This document shows, piece by piece, positions 55,604-64,000 of a DNA stretch of 64,000 bases (position 1 is its first letter; each line of letters starts with the position of its first letter). The position numbers and the translations under genes were made by a program. Under the pieces are notes generated by a model that was given only the letters and a program-made list of their open reading frames with translations, did no database searches and was not told where the DNA came from. Location: positions 186,001-250,000 of the IMG/VR virus record IMGVR_UViG_3300028920_000001. One strand, given 5' to 3'.

Positions 55604-56476
55604 CTATTGGTTAGTTTTTAATTTTTCTTCTGCTGTTCGGCCAAGAATTTCTGCCATCTTATCTAAAGTTAAATCGCACATGTCATCAACCCAATCCCCG
55701 ATAATATAAAGGTCGCTCCTGCCTTTCAAAATTCCAAATAAAATAGGATCTTTGCGTGCAGCTCTCTCAGCTTTAGTTTCTTCCCATGATTTACCATCCG
55801 GATCATAATGAAGTACAGCGTAATTGTCGAAAATTTCGAGCTCATCAGCTTTCATTTTAAGTTGGGTAAGTTCATCTGGAATTGGCCTGGTGAAATTTTT
55901 AATGTAACTCAGACACATTCCCTTTTTTGATTTCTTGTAAAATTCGACAATAGTTTGTTCTGAAACGTAACTTGTGATACCAACTGAAAGCATGAGCGTT
56001 TCTACTCTAAATGCATTGAGTCCATCTTTCAATTTTTCTAAGAGCGCTATTTGTCCAGCTTGTTTAGCTTTGATAATGGCTTGTTCGTAACCTTTAGCTC
56101 GAGATTCTACTAAATTGATATCCTGGGCAGAGCTTTTTATATTAGTGAAGAACTCTAATATGCTCATCTCAGGAACAGCTTCTTTTATTGGTTTTCGAAA
56201 TATATTTAAAAACCAATTCCAAAATCTTCCCCAAAAGTTTACTGAACGTGCTTCTCCAACAGGACGTACTGCAAGTTGGGTTATTTCTCCTGAATTTCCT
56301 CCTGTAACCATGAAATCAAAGTTATTGCCTGAAAATTCTATATTATCCCCATATTTGGAATTAGAATTCTTTATCCTTTCTTTTCGTTCTTTTTCTAATC
56401 TGATATATTTAGGAAGTCCCATATCAGGATGAAAATCTTCAATAATTGCAAGCCGCTGTTCAGTTCGATCTAACAT
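55604..56476 (-). CDS. conserved phage hypothetical protein
   Basis: long ORF; KDPILFG...LYIIGDW..CDLTLD. Confidence 0.75.
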   Translation of the reverse strand: MLDRTEQRLAIIEDFHPDMGLPKYIRLEKERKERIKNSNSKYGDNIEFSGNNFDFMVTGGNSGEITQLAVRPVGEARSVNFWGRFWNWFLNIFRKPIKEAVPEMSILEFFTNIKSSAQDINLVESRAKGYEQAIIKAKQAGQIALLEKLKDGLNAFRVETLMLSVGITSYVSEQTIVEFYKKSKKGMCLSYIKNFTRPIPDELTQLKMKADELEIFDNYAVLHYDPDGKSWEETKAERAARKDPILFGILKGRSDLYIIGDWVDDMCDLTLDKMAEILGRTAEEKLKTNQ

Positions 56477-56496
56477 AAATGTATTTTACATTTATG
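56474..56496. promoter_or_regulatory. palindromic bidirectional leaderless promoter
   Basis: CATAAATGTA-TTT-TACATTTATG spans both start codons. Confidence 0.7.
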
Positions 56497-56832
56497 GGTA
56501 TACTAAGCTGGGATAAGCCTAAGAAAGTCAAGGAAACTGGAACTTGTTATAAGTATGAATCCAACATGAGCAAAGAAGATGAACAAAAATGGAAAGCTAA
56601 AATTGTTGGTCATCGAGTTGGGAAACCTAGAATTGAAATTCGAAAGATAATGAATGGAACCAATATTAAGGTAATTATTTCAGATGGGAAAAATAAAGGA
56701 ATGAAGCATGCACTTCCTGGATGCAACGTTCATTTATCATTAAATGGAACTTGCCAAATGTCCTTTATAGAATACGATGAACTACATCAAGCCATTGAAG
56801 AAGCTCGAGCAGTAATGGAACAAGCTTTGTAG
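56494..56832 (+). CDS. hypothetical protein
   Basis: TGTA-N10-ATG. Confidence 0.7.
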   Translation: MGILSWDKPKKVKETGTCYKYESNMSKEDEQKWKAKIVGHRVGKPRIEIRKIMNGTNIKVIISDGKNKGMKHALPGCNVHLSLNGTCQMSFIEYDELHQAIEEARAVMEQAL

Positions 56833-57155
56833 TGGGTATCAGGTCTTTGCCAAAGCCTATGGGATGGAAACCCCCGCCTTTTCCAAGGCAATCATCTTTT
56901 CAAGAAATCATAAAACGAAAAGAGAAAAGTGCACGAAGAGCATTGTGTTTAAATAAAATAATAATTATCTCTAGTGCTTCTGCTTCAATTTTTAACATGG
57001 TCTCTGCTATTATTCAATGGCGACCTTTTGCATCTAGCTTAAGTTTAATGGGTTCAATCTGTTTTTTGGTTATTACCCTAATATATTTGAAGGGTCGATC
57101 AAACTTAGTTAATGAATTAGATAATGTGATGGTGGAAAATATTATGGAATCCTAA
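56832..57155 (+). CDS. IMES-tail protein with two TM segments
   Basis: ends NVMVENIMES. Confidence 0.7.
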   Translation: MGIRSLPKPMGWKPPPFPRQSSFQEIIKRKEKSARRALCLNKIIIISSASASIFNMVSAIIQWRPFASSLSLMGSICFLVITLIYLKGRSNLVNELDNVMVENIMES

Positions 57156-57169
57156 TATTAAATTAGGAT

Positions 57170-57595
57170 GTGAATGTTAGTGAAATAATTAAAGATCAAT
57201 TATGGATAGGGAGTAAACCTGATCCCGGTACTTATTGTTTCGATTTAATTGTATTAGCTGCATATGAATATCCGCTACGAATCGTGGGTTCTATTGAAGG
57301 ACCTAAAATAATCGAGGTTGGACTCTCGGACCGAGAATTAAATAATCAACAAGTAACTCGAGCTCTAGAAGCCGCTCAAACAGTAGCTAAATACTTATCA
57401 GAGGGAAAGAAGGTTTGTTGTACTTGTGCGATGGGTATTAACCGGTCTTCTTTAGTGGCTGCCTTATCCTTGGTATTATTAGGCGTATCCCCTCGGAGGG
57501 TAATCTCAAGGATAAGGAAAGCTCGAGGAATAGCCTTGACTAATCCTTGGTTCATTGAACAGATTTATGAAACCTATTTAGGTATAAAGCCCTAA
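57170..57595 (+). CDS. dual-specificity/protein-tyrosine phosphatase family protein
   Basis: CX5R active site CAMGINRS; LWIGS; LTNPWF. Confidence 0.85.
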   Translation: MNVSEIIKDQLWIGSKPDPGTYCFDLIVLAAYEYPLRIVGSIEGPKIIEVGLSDRELNNQQVTRALEAAQTVAKYLSEGKKVCCTCAMGINRSSLVAALSLVLLGVSPRRVISRIRKARGIALTNPWFIEQIYETYLGIKP

Positions 57596-57604
57596 TCTAA
57601 TTAT

Positions 57605-58363
57605 TTGAATGTGAAAAGAAACGCTGCAATAGTCACGATGGAAGATTTAACCAACTTCTTCAAGGGGGAAGCTTGGAAGTCTGTTGATTTAAGAGATTCA
57701 GAATTGTTTGCTAGAGCGAATCAAGCTATAGTTAACGTTGAGGAAAGTGAAACTCAGTATAATGTTAAAATTCAAGCTATAGATGACCCTTATGATTCTG
57801 AAGAAGTCACTACTGGAGAACCGATTAAGGCCATTGTTGATTTTTTAGGGGAGGGACTTCCAGGGGCTGAGTATTTTGAACAAATGGCTTCCAGTCCAAG
57901 AGCTTTTGCATCATACTTGAATTTATTAGCTTATCAAATAGACAAAAAGAATATTGATAAGAAAACGTTGATCGAAACCCTGCGTAGGGTTTCGGTAGCC
58001 TTAAATCGTAACCTATTGCATCATATTGTAATAGCTATGACTAGACTTGCACGGGAAAATGTTGAACAAAAGGAAATGAGTAAATTGCTTAGCGAAATGA
58101 AGAAAAAGGGTTGGAAAGTTAAAGAATCTGAAGATGATCGTGGGGAACTTCAATTAACTGTAAACATATCGGATATTTACGAAGTTGTTATCTCGGTTGA
58201 GAGCATATTATATGATTATATCTTCCAAATCCCAGATCATCCAGATTTAACTGAAGATGGAATAACTGACGACCCTATTCGAGAATTTCAGAAATATGTC
58301 AAAAAACATGACGAGGTGATGTCTTCTATCAAGAGCCCGGAAAATATGGAAATTAGGGCCTGA
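57605..58363 (+). CDS. hypothetical protein (possible virion protein)
   Basis: long acidic ORF. Confidence 0.7.
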   Translation: MNVKRNAAIVTMEDLTNFFKGEAWKSVDLRDSELFARANQAIVNVEESETQYNVKIQAIDDPYDSEEVTTGEPIKAIVDFLGEGLPGAEYFEQMASSPRAFASYLNLLAYQIDKKNIDKKTLIETLRRVSVALNRNLLHHIVIAMTRLARENVEQKEMSKLLSEMKKKGWKVKESEDDRGELQLTVNISDIYEVVISVESILYDYIFQIPDHPDLTEDGITDDPIREFQKYVKKHDEVMSSIKSPENMEIRA

Positions 58364-58383
58364 AATTTGTATATTTATATAGA

Positions 58384-58752
58384 ATGCGAATCAAGAGCTT
58401 TAAGATTACTAATGGATTGATATCAATCGAACTAGAAAGATATGAAGCAGATATTATTCTTGAAAAAGTTTCTGATATCATTCGACAGTTAACACGAATC
58501 AACCCTGACCCCGAAAATTTTACTAAAATTTGTCGAGCTGCACTGATTTGTCACAAGCTTTCGAAGCCCGGTAATACTGTTTCTTTAGACAATTTATCTA
58601 AAGAAGACATGAATATTCTTTGTAATTTAAATCTAAATGGTACGATTGTTAATGACTTAAGTGGGCTTAGGATGATAGCTCGATCTTGTGTCATGACCAT
58701 GGTCGAGGCTGACCAGATAGCTAAAGATTTCGAAAATGTAATGACTTGTTAA
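58384..58752 (+). CDS. IMES-tail protein
   Basis: ends KDFENVMTC. Confidence 0.6.
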   Translation: MRIKSFKITNGLISIELERYEADIILEKVSDIIRQLTRINPDPENFTKICRAALICHKLSKPGNTVSLDNLSKEDMNILCNLNLNGTIVNDLSGLRMIARSCVMTMVEADQIAKDFENVMTC

Positions 58753-58767
58753 TTGATTCTTTCAGAT

Positions 58768-59151
58768 ATGAAACCGGGCCATCTTCAGAGGATTGCTAGT
58801 AGGCTTGCGGCTGATTTAGATGGAGATCAGAGCAAGAAATCTACACAGTGGAAGTCGTTCCTTAAGCAATTAACTAAAAGTCTTGACCATGGCGTCAAGG
58901 AATTAGAACAAATTATTTTTAATGTGAATCATAATACAAAGCTTCAGGATTTAAAGGGAAACCCTGAAGCCATTCAAATGATTGAAGCTGAAAAAGAAAA
59001 TCTAGTTAGGACGTTAAAATCAAAGAGCGAGAGACTTCAAACAGTCATGGAAGCACTGAAAGAAGCTGAATCTGACCTTGATGACGTTTATTCGGCAATC
59101 AATGCGCTCGAGGAGAGTGCTGAACAAGCTAAGGAATCTAAGACTCCATAA
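58768..59151 (+). CDS. coiled-coil protein with N-terminal LQRIASRLA motif
   Basis: MKPGHLQRIASRLAAD. Confidence 0.7.
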   Translation: MKPGHLQRIASRLAADLDGDQSKKSTQWKSFLKQLTKSLDHGVKELEQIIFNVNHNTKLQDLKGNPEAIQMIEAEKENLVRTLKSKSERLQTVMEALKEAESDLDDVYSAINALEESAEQAKESKTP

Positions 59152-59644
59152 TTTTAGGAAGATATTTCACAGCATCTTTTCTTACAGCTGTTTTAATTAC
59201 ATTAGCTGTATAGGCTCCGAATTTTTTAAATTTTGGCCTCTTTTGTATCGGTAATCTCAGATTATACTGTAATTTTCTTCTTGGTATAACTGCTCTTACC
59301 CAAGTTTTCTTTAGGGGATAATGTAAATAATTTACCCTTCCAACATTAAGTTCAAGCCAATTTTTTGCAATTAAGATTTCTACACTTAGCCATTCATCTC
59401 CGACTGGATAAATGAAATTTCCATAAACAATGTTTGTTATTTTGAAATAGAGAGTATGACAGGATTTTAAAGGTCTTAGATTTTCATATTTGAGAATAAT
59501 TCCTCTATTGGTAAGGGCACGCAAGAAAGCCCTGATGCCCATTTCATGATAAGGAATCTTGAGATTAGAGATGCTGTTATTTTGGGTAGTTAGCATACTC
59601 TGAACAACTCCGGACTGATATCTATCAATGGCGCGCATGTCCAA
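59138..59644 (-). CDS. IMES-tail protein
   Basis: ends KYLPKIMES. Confidence 0.7.
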   Translation of the reverse strand: MDMRAIDRYQSGVVQSMLTTQNNSISNLKIPYHEMGIRAFLRALTNRGIILKYENLRPLKSCHTLYFKITNIVYGNFIYPVGDEWLSVEILIAKNWLELNVGRVNYLHYPLKKTWVRAVIPRRKLQYNLRLPIQKRPKFKKFGAYTANVIKTAVRKDAVKYLPKIMES

Positions 59645-59722
59645 AGTATCTTTCCCTTCTGTATGTCGCCGTCACAGCTTCACGTGCATTGAGAGGTAGG
59701 ATAATCAAATGTACAATGGAAT

Positions 59723-60094
59723 ATGAAATTATTTAAATTATCTAGAGCTATCGGAATGCCGTGCCTTGATCCAAATGATTTACGTTCAGTATTACTAGTC
59801 ACAGCTCCTACTGCACGACATGCTCGAGTTTTAGCTAAACAATACGCTCTTTCAACTGGCGGACTAAAAGAATATGCGGATGAATGGATGAATACTGATG
59901 TAACTACATGTGAAGAACGTGGGTTAGATGAGGGAAGAGTATATGAAGTTCGTTTGAGTAAAATAGTGACTTATCCTGAATCAATACTTACAGACAAATA
60001 TTGTGCCCTTTGTGGAAGGCAATTATTTAGTTGTCCGAGTGGTTTGCTTTGTAAAAATTGTGGAGGCGGAGTTCCTGTTAAAGAATCTGATTGA
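59723..60094 (+). CDS. hypothetical protein with C-terminal Zn ribbon
   Basis: CALCG...CKNCG. Confidence 0.7.
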   Translation: MKLFKLSRAIGMPCLDPNDLRSVLLVTAPTARHARVLAKQYALSTGGLKEYADEWMNTDVTTCEERGLDEGRVYEVRLSKIVTYPESILTDKYCALCGRQLFSCPSGLLCKNCGGGVPVKESD

Positions 60095-61025
60095 GACCTT
60101 TGTGTAAATCAGAAATAATATACCCCAAAGGATAAAGATCAGACTTTACCCTAAATCCGGCAGCCTTAGGATGGCCTCCTCCTTTGTAGAGTTTGGCCAC
60201 TTCATTAATCGGAATCTCTTTTGATCTCAAGGAAATAATAGTGTGGTGTTGGCCATCCATATAAGCTATGAAATAACTAACAGCTATATCACAGTTTTTT
60301 TCTTCTAAAAGAACATGACAAGCTTCAGAAATAATTTTTTCAGTGCAATTAAAATATCCAATTTTAAGTTCACGTCCCTTAATGATCACGGTTTGAATAT
60401 AGGCACTATCGGCTAACACTTCAGCCTTTTTCATCATTTTAGTATATAAAATATCTCCAAACTTGTAAAAATCATCGAATGGAACTGTTCCTTGACGAGC
60501 TCGTTCAATCAGTTCTTTGCTTGAATAAAGCTGCATTCCTTGAGAAATTTCATGAGCTTGTCTCCAATCTGGATGATGAGCTTGCCATGTATCGCGAATA
60601 GAAACAAGATGGGCAATTCTTTCCCAGTTTCCAGCTGGAATCCAGCTTGACTCCACCAATTGTTGCATTACATGCCGAAAAGCCAGTGTAGCGCCTGATT
60701 CAGTTTCGTTTCCGTAAATTCCATTTAGTCCTTCAACTACATGTTTAGTTGTAGCATGATGATCTAAAACAATCGGTTCAAATTCTTTCCATCTTTCCCA
60801 GCCATCTTTGCATGGAGTCATGTCTACAAACATGACTCCATGTTCTGGTTCAAGTTCATTGTGATCTTTAGTATCATACTGAATTAATTTAATATCGGGA
60901 ATACCATACGGAGTTTGACGATAAGCGGCGGCACAAATCATTGCCGCTGTGATGCCATCACCACAACTAGCATGGGAATAAATTTTCTTAATTTTGATTA
61001 AACGGTCCCTTGTAATGGTGTCCAT
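60078..61025 (-). CDS. DHH/DHHA1 family phosphoesterase
   Basis: H..C.DG, FVD, LDHH, SLRS, GGGHPKAAGF. Confidence 0.88.
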   Translation of the reverse strand: MDTITRDRLIKIKKIYSHASCGDGITAAMICAAAYRQTPYGIPDIKLIQYDTKDHNELEPEHGVMFVDMTPCKDGWERWKEFEPIVLDHHATTKHVVEGLNGIYGNETESGATLAFRHVMQQLVESSWIPAGNWERIAHLVSIRDTWQAHHPDWRQAHEISQGMQLYSSKELIERARQGTVPFDDFYKFGDILYTKMMKKAEVLADSAYIQTVIIKGRELKIGYFNCTEKIISEACHVLLEEKNCDIAVSYFIAYMDGQHHTIISLRSKEIPINEVAKLYKGGGHPKAAGFRVKSDLYPLGYIISDLHKGLNQIL

Positions 61026-61909
61026 CCTGGTGTCCTTATGGTAGTAAGTATTTTTTCAACTTTTCGGTCTAAATCTTCTAGAGTCTTGTCATTGTTAATT
61101 ACAAAGTCAAAAGCTCCATCTTCAATCGTGGCTTGTTCAGTTTCTGAACGATGATTGAAAGGAGGTTTGTCGATTCCAGGTCGTTTAATTCTGATAAGGG
61201 CCGGGGTTAAAGCCGGTCCGGCTTTGTTACGAAGATAATTAATTTCATGTTTATGCCTGAAGTCAGCGAAGCAAGTTATAATAACATTTTCTTTAATCAC
61301 TGGGCCATGATTATTAGGTCCATAATATTTTTTAAGTCCTTCCATTTGGCTATACCTGTATTGAGCCAGATTCACGCCAGTTTTAAAAAAATAAGTTTCA
61401 GCTAGTTTTAGACTGGTATCGATCCCTTTATGGATCCAAGTATCTCCATAAAGGGTATTCATGAGTTCGCAGTATTTTTGAAGGGCTTCTCGAGGGGAGA
61501 GCCAAAAACGGGGATCGCCTTGTTGTATAAAGATCCTGGCACTTCCCAACCTAAGTGGGATATAAGGATCATTATTATTGTAAGTTTTTCCAACTCGGTC
61601 TCTTCCCTCAAACCACCAATAAGTGGCGTTATCATCCCAATCTCCAATTAATCCCTCACCTTCCGGTTTAGGACCATTCCATAATCGTAATTTTTCCATT
61701 GCTGGTTTAGGATAACGGAGATCACCACCATTTCGAAATTCACTTGGACCAAATAGCTGCTGCTCTGTAAATTCATAAAGATCAGCCATGTGTCGCTTAG
61801 CTGGGTCGGCTAAACCTAATTGGATTGCGCCCCTCTTTACAAGACTTTTTGCTACTTCATCTTTTCCAGAGCCGGAGAAACCTGATATACCAATACAAAT
61901 GTTCCTCAT
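60998..61909 (-). CDS. deoxynucleoside monophosphate kinase
   Basis: GISGFSGSGKD, LADP.K, PREALQ, DFR..HE, HRSE, INND..LEDL. Confidence 0.85.
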   Translation of the reverse strand: MRNICIGISGFSGSGKDEVAKSLVKRGAIQLGLADPAKRHMADLYEFTEQQLFGPSEFRNGGDLRYPKPAMEKLRLWNGPKPEGEGLIGDWDDNATYWWFEGRDRVGKTYNNNDPYIPLRLGSARIFIQQGDPRFWLSPREALQKYCELMNTLYGDTWIHKGIDTSLKLAETYFFKTGVNLAQYRYSQMEGLKKYYGPNNHGPVIKENVIITCFADFRHKHEINYLRNKAGPALTPALIRIKRPGIDKPPFNHRSETEQATIEDGAFDFVINNDKTLEDLDRKVEKILTTIRTPGWTPLQGTV

Positions 61910-61933
61910 GAATAATTATACATTTCAAAAACA

Positions 61934-62308
61934 ATGACAGACACAAGAGATTATCAAGATACTTTTCAGTATTTAACTGAACTAATTAAATCATATAAGA
62001 GGAGACTACGAAAAAGAATAGTTAAGAAAAATCGTAAATCTCGATTTGTACCTTCAGATGCTATTATTGTTCCCCCTGATCATGAAATTTCGCCCATTAT
62101 GCCGTCTGCTTATTTAAAGAACCTCCGTATAGTTTTTCTTTCTACTAGTCATGGCATTGGGATGACTTGTATCCTTCCTGATGAGCTCACTTCGTTTACA
62201 ACTCCGCCTAAATCTGTTCATTGTATTAATGTCCATACCTTAAGTTCTAAGCGACTAGCACGATTCATAACTTATGATTGGATGGTGGAAGATATTATGG
62301 AATCCTAG
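61934..62308 (+). CDS. IMES-tail protein
   Basis: ends WMVEDIMES. Confidence 0.7.
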   Translation: MTDTRDYQDTFQYLTELIKSYKRRLRKRIVKKNRKSRFVPSDAIIVPPDHEISPIMPSAYLKNLRIVFLSTSHGIGMTCILPDELTSFTTPPKSVHCINVHTLSSKRLARFITYDWMVEDIMES

Positions 62309-62781
62309 CTATTCATCAAATCTTGAACTAAAGATAAATCAACAGCTTCTCTAATCTTTTCTTCTGATATTCCTCGTTGTTTGGCTATAGTAACTATCTC
62401 AATTATATCTTCAATCAATGCGCTTTCCGGAATAGGTTCTCTTATGGCTTTCTCAGGGGAGCTAAAATACTCAAGATCACCCTCATATTGTATTTCTTTG
62501 GATGTCACTCTAAAATTACTTCGAATTTGTCGATTGGAATGGGTTAGATTTTCTAATATGTGTCCTATATAATGGTTCATTTTGTCTGATTTAATATGAT
62601 CAAAATAGGCAATAGGTCGTTTTGTACGAATCGCTTCTCGAATAAATCCGATAGCCAATAAAAATGTTCGTCCTTGACCCCGGTTCTTACTATTTAAAAG
62701 CCAGTTGATAGTTCGAAGGTGACTTAATTGATCATCGTTAAGTCGAGCTACTAGGTCATAATAATATTGCCAACCACTCAT
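62305..62781 (-). CDS. IMES-tail protein with degenerate P-loop-like motif
   Basis: NRGQGRTFLLA; ends SLVQDLMNS. Confidence 0.7.
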   Translation of the reverse strand: MSGWQYYYDLVARLNDDQLSHLRTINWLLNSKNRGQGRTFLLAIGFIREAIRTKRPIAYFDHIKSDKMNHYIGHILENLTHSNRQIRSNFRVTSKEIQYEGDLEYFSSPEKAIREPIPESALIEDIIEIVTIAKQRGISEEKIREAVDLSLVQDLMNS

Positions 62782-62810
62782 GTTTAGAGTTTACATTGGT
62801 ATCATAAAAT

Positions 62811-63938
62811 ATGGTAGATGCTAGTAAAATTGGTTGGGGTCATTATCGAGAGTACGAAGGACCTTTTTTCAAGGGAAATGCCCCTTTTAAGTTTCCTGAA
62901 GACCCATCTGAAAATCATAAGAGATTAGCAGTTATTACTGCTACTGAAGGTGGACGTTATAACGCCTATAATGGATATGATCGGTGTATTTGTTCACTTG
63001 GTTTGATTCAGTGGTGTGAGGCTAAGTATTATCTAGTTTCAACTATGCTTGGATATGTAGCTGATTTACACCCGGAGGCTCTTCAGCCTCTTCACACTCA
63101 TTTAGCTAAAATTAGAGCTGAATTCAAAAAGAATCATCGTGATCGTTATCGTTTCTTTTTCAAGGATGAACGGGGTGAAGTTGATCAGGGTCAAGAACAA
63201 AAGCAACTTTTCTTGTTAAACTCGAGTGGACTTCGAAATTCCTGGGATGAAGAATCAAAGTATTATGCTAAGCAAATGGCTTCGGTTCTAGCTTCAGTAT
63301 TTGAAGATAATAATGCTCAAAATGCTCAAGCAGTCTACACTGCTAAAAAATTGATTGGATTTGCTACCAAGCAAGCTCAACAAATTTTATTTGGTCATGA
63401 GCCTTCTGGGAAGGCTGAAGATTGGGTAGGAGCCGCTCAAGCTGCATATTTATCATATGCGGCTAATCTACCTGCTGTGGCATCTAAGCATATTATAAAA
63501 TATCAAGAACAAGCTGGTGACTTCCAACCAAATCAAGAATGGGTGGTTGGAATGTTGAAGCAACTCACTTTCGGGCCTAGTATTTCCATTTATCCACATC
63601 GATACAACGCTATTCGTCCAGTTCTCGAGAAGCTCTACAAAATCGATTTACCTGATTTTGCTAAAGAACTGAAGGAACAAGAAGACTTTCATGCTTCAAA
63701 AGTCGATATTGATATTGATGATGATTTTGATAAGTTAAAAGAACCTAAAGCAGTTCAAGAAGCACTTATTAGTCTGGGTTTTGATTTGGGTCCGCATGGA
63801 GCTGATGGAGTAATTGGTCGCAAAACACTTGCAGCTCTTATGGCTTTCCAACAACATCGTGGACTTAAAGTTGATGGAGTTATAGGATCAGATACTCGAA
63901 AGAAATTATGGGAAGCAATAACTGGTCGGTATTGTTAG
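62811..63938 (+). CDS. putative endolysin/cell-wall hydrolase with C-terminal peptidoglycan-binding domain
   Basis: VQEALISLGFDLGPHGADGVIGRKTLAALMAFQ...GLKVDGVIG (PG_binding_1); N-terminal TEGG...N.YD...SLGLIQW lysozyme-like motif. Confidence 0.78.
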   Translation: MVDASKIGWGHYREYEGPFFKGNAPFKFPEDPSENHKRLAVITATEGGRYNAYNGYDRCICSLGLIQWCEAKYYLVSTMLGYVADLHPEALQPLHTHLAKIRAEFKKNHRDRYRFFFKDERGEVDQGQEQKQLFLLNSSGLRNSWDEESKYYAKQMASVLASVFEDNNAQNAQAVYTAKKLIGFATKQAQQILFGHEPSGKAEDWVGAAQAAYLSYAANLPAVASKHIIKYQEQAGDFQPNQEWVVGMLKQLTFGPSISIYPHRYNAIRPVLEKLYKIDLPDFAKELKEQEDFHASKVDIDIDDDFDKLKEPKAVQEALISLGFDLGPHGADGVIGRKTLAALMAFQQHRGLKVDGVIGSDTRKKLWEAITGRYC

Positions 63939-64000
63939 ATTATGGTATTTGATTATCCCGATAAACCATTGAAGGAATTAACTGATGTTGAACTTTTGAA

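Noticed and set aside
59138-59644. Weak resemblance of the N-terminus to ribosomal protein uS8 (SMLT..NN...KIP......L...GII..Y)
   Set aside because: Too few identities to support by eye; needs HHpred.
1-64000. Stop-codon reassignment explaining the many short ORFs
   Set aside because: Known enzymes are intact in the standard code, all three stops follow the conserved tail, and genes tile tightly with their own starts.

Overview
Gene-dense 64 kb fragment of a large (jumbo-type) bacteriophage genome in the standard genetic code. Recognisable genes are a MoxR-like AAA+ ATPase, an HNH endonuclease, a SWIM-finger ATP-dependent DNA ligase, a family X DNA polymerase, a KhpA-like KH protein, HAD and dual-specificity phosphatases, NADAR, a DHH phosphoesterase, a dNMP kinase and a peptidoglycan-binding lysin. 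There are four tRNA genes: Leu(UAA) split by a group I intron, Lys(UUU), an unusual Ile with two anticodon-like arms, and a CAU tRNA. The rest is more than 100 small hypothetical ORFs. The main unexplained signal is that about 59 otherwise unrelated small proteins (my manual count) end in the same C-terminal motif, [IV][ST]xxE[YAFL]x[VI]xx[IVL]M[EDQT]S-stop ('IMES' tail). The tail is attached to several distinct N-terminal domain families and to fragments that resemble capsid, terminase and ribosomal proteins, which suggests a library of adaptors or decoys sharing one docking or sorting signal. A second signal is a fixed-geometry promoter, A[AG][AG]T-N14-YGTA-N9-(ATG or GGAGG), that makes most genes single-gene cassettes. 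Also present are a duplicated structured RNA beside a paralogue family, an iteron-like array, and an N-terminal 'IAxRIA' motif in probable late proteins. All functional calls come from motif recognition by eye; no searches were run.
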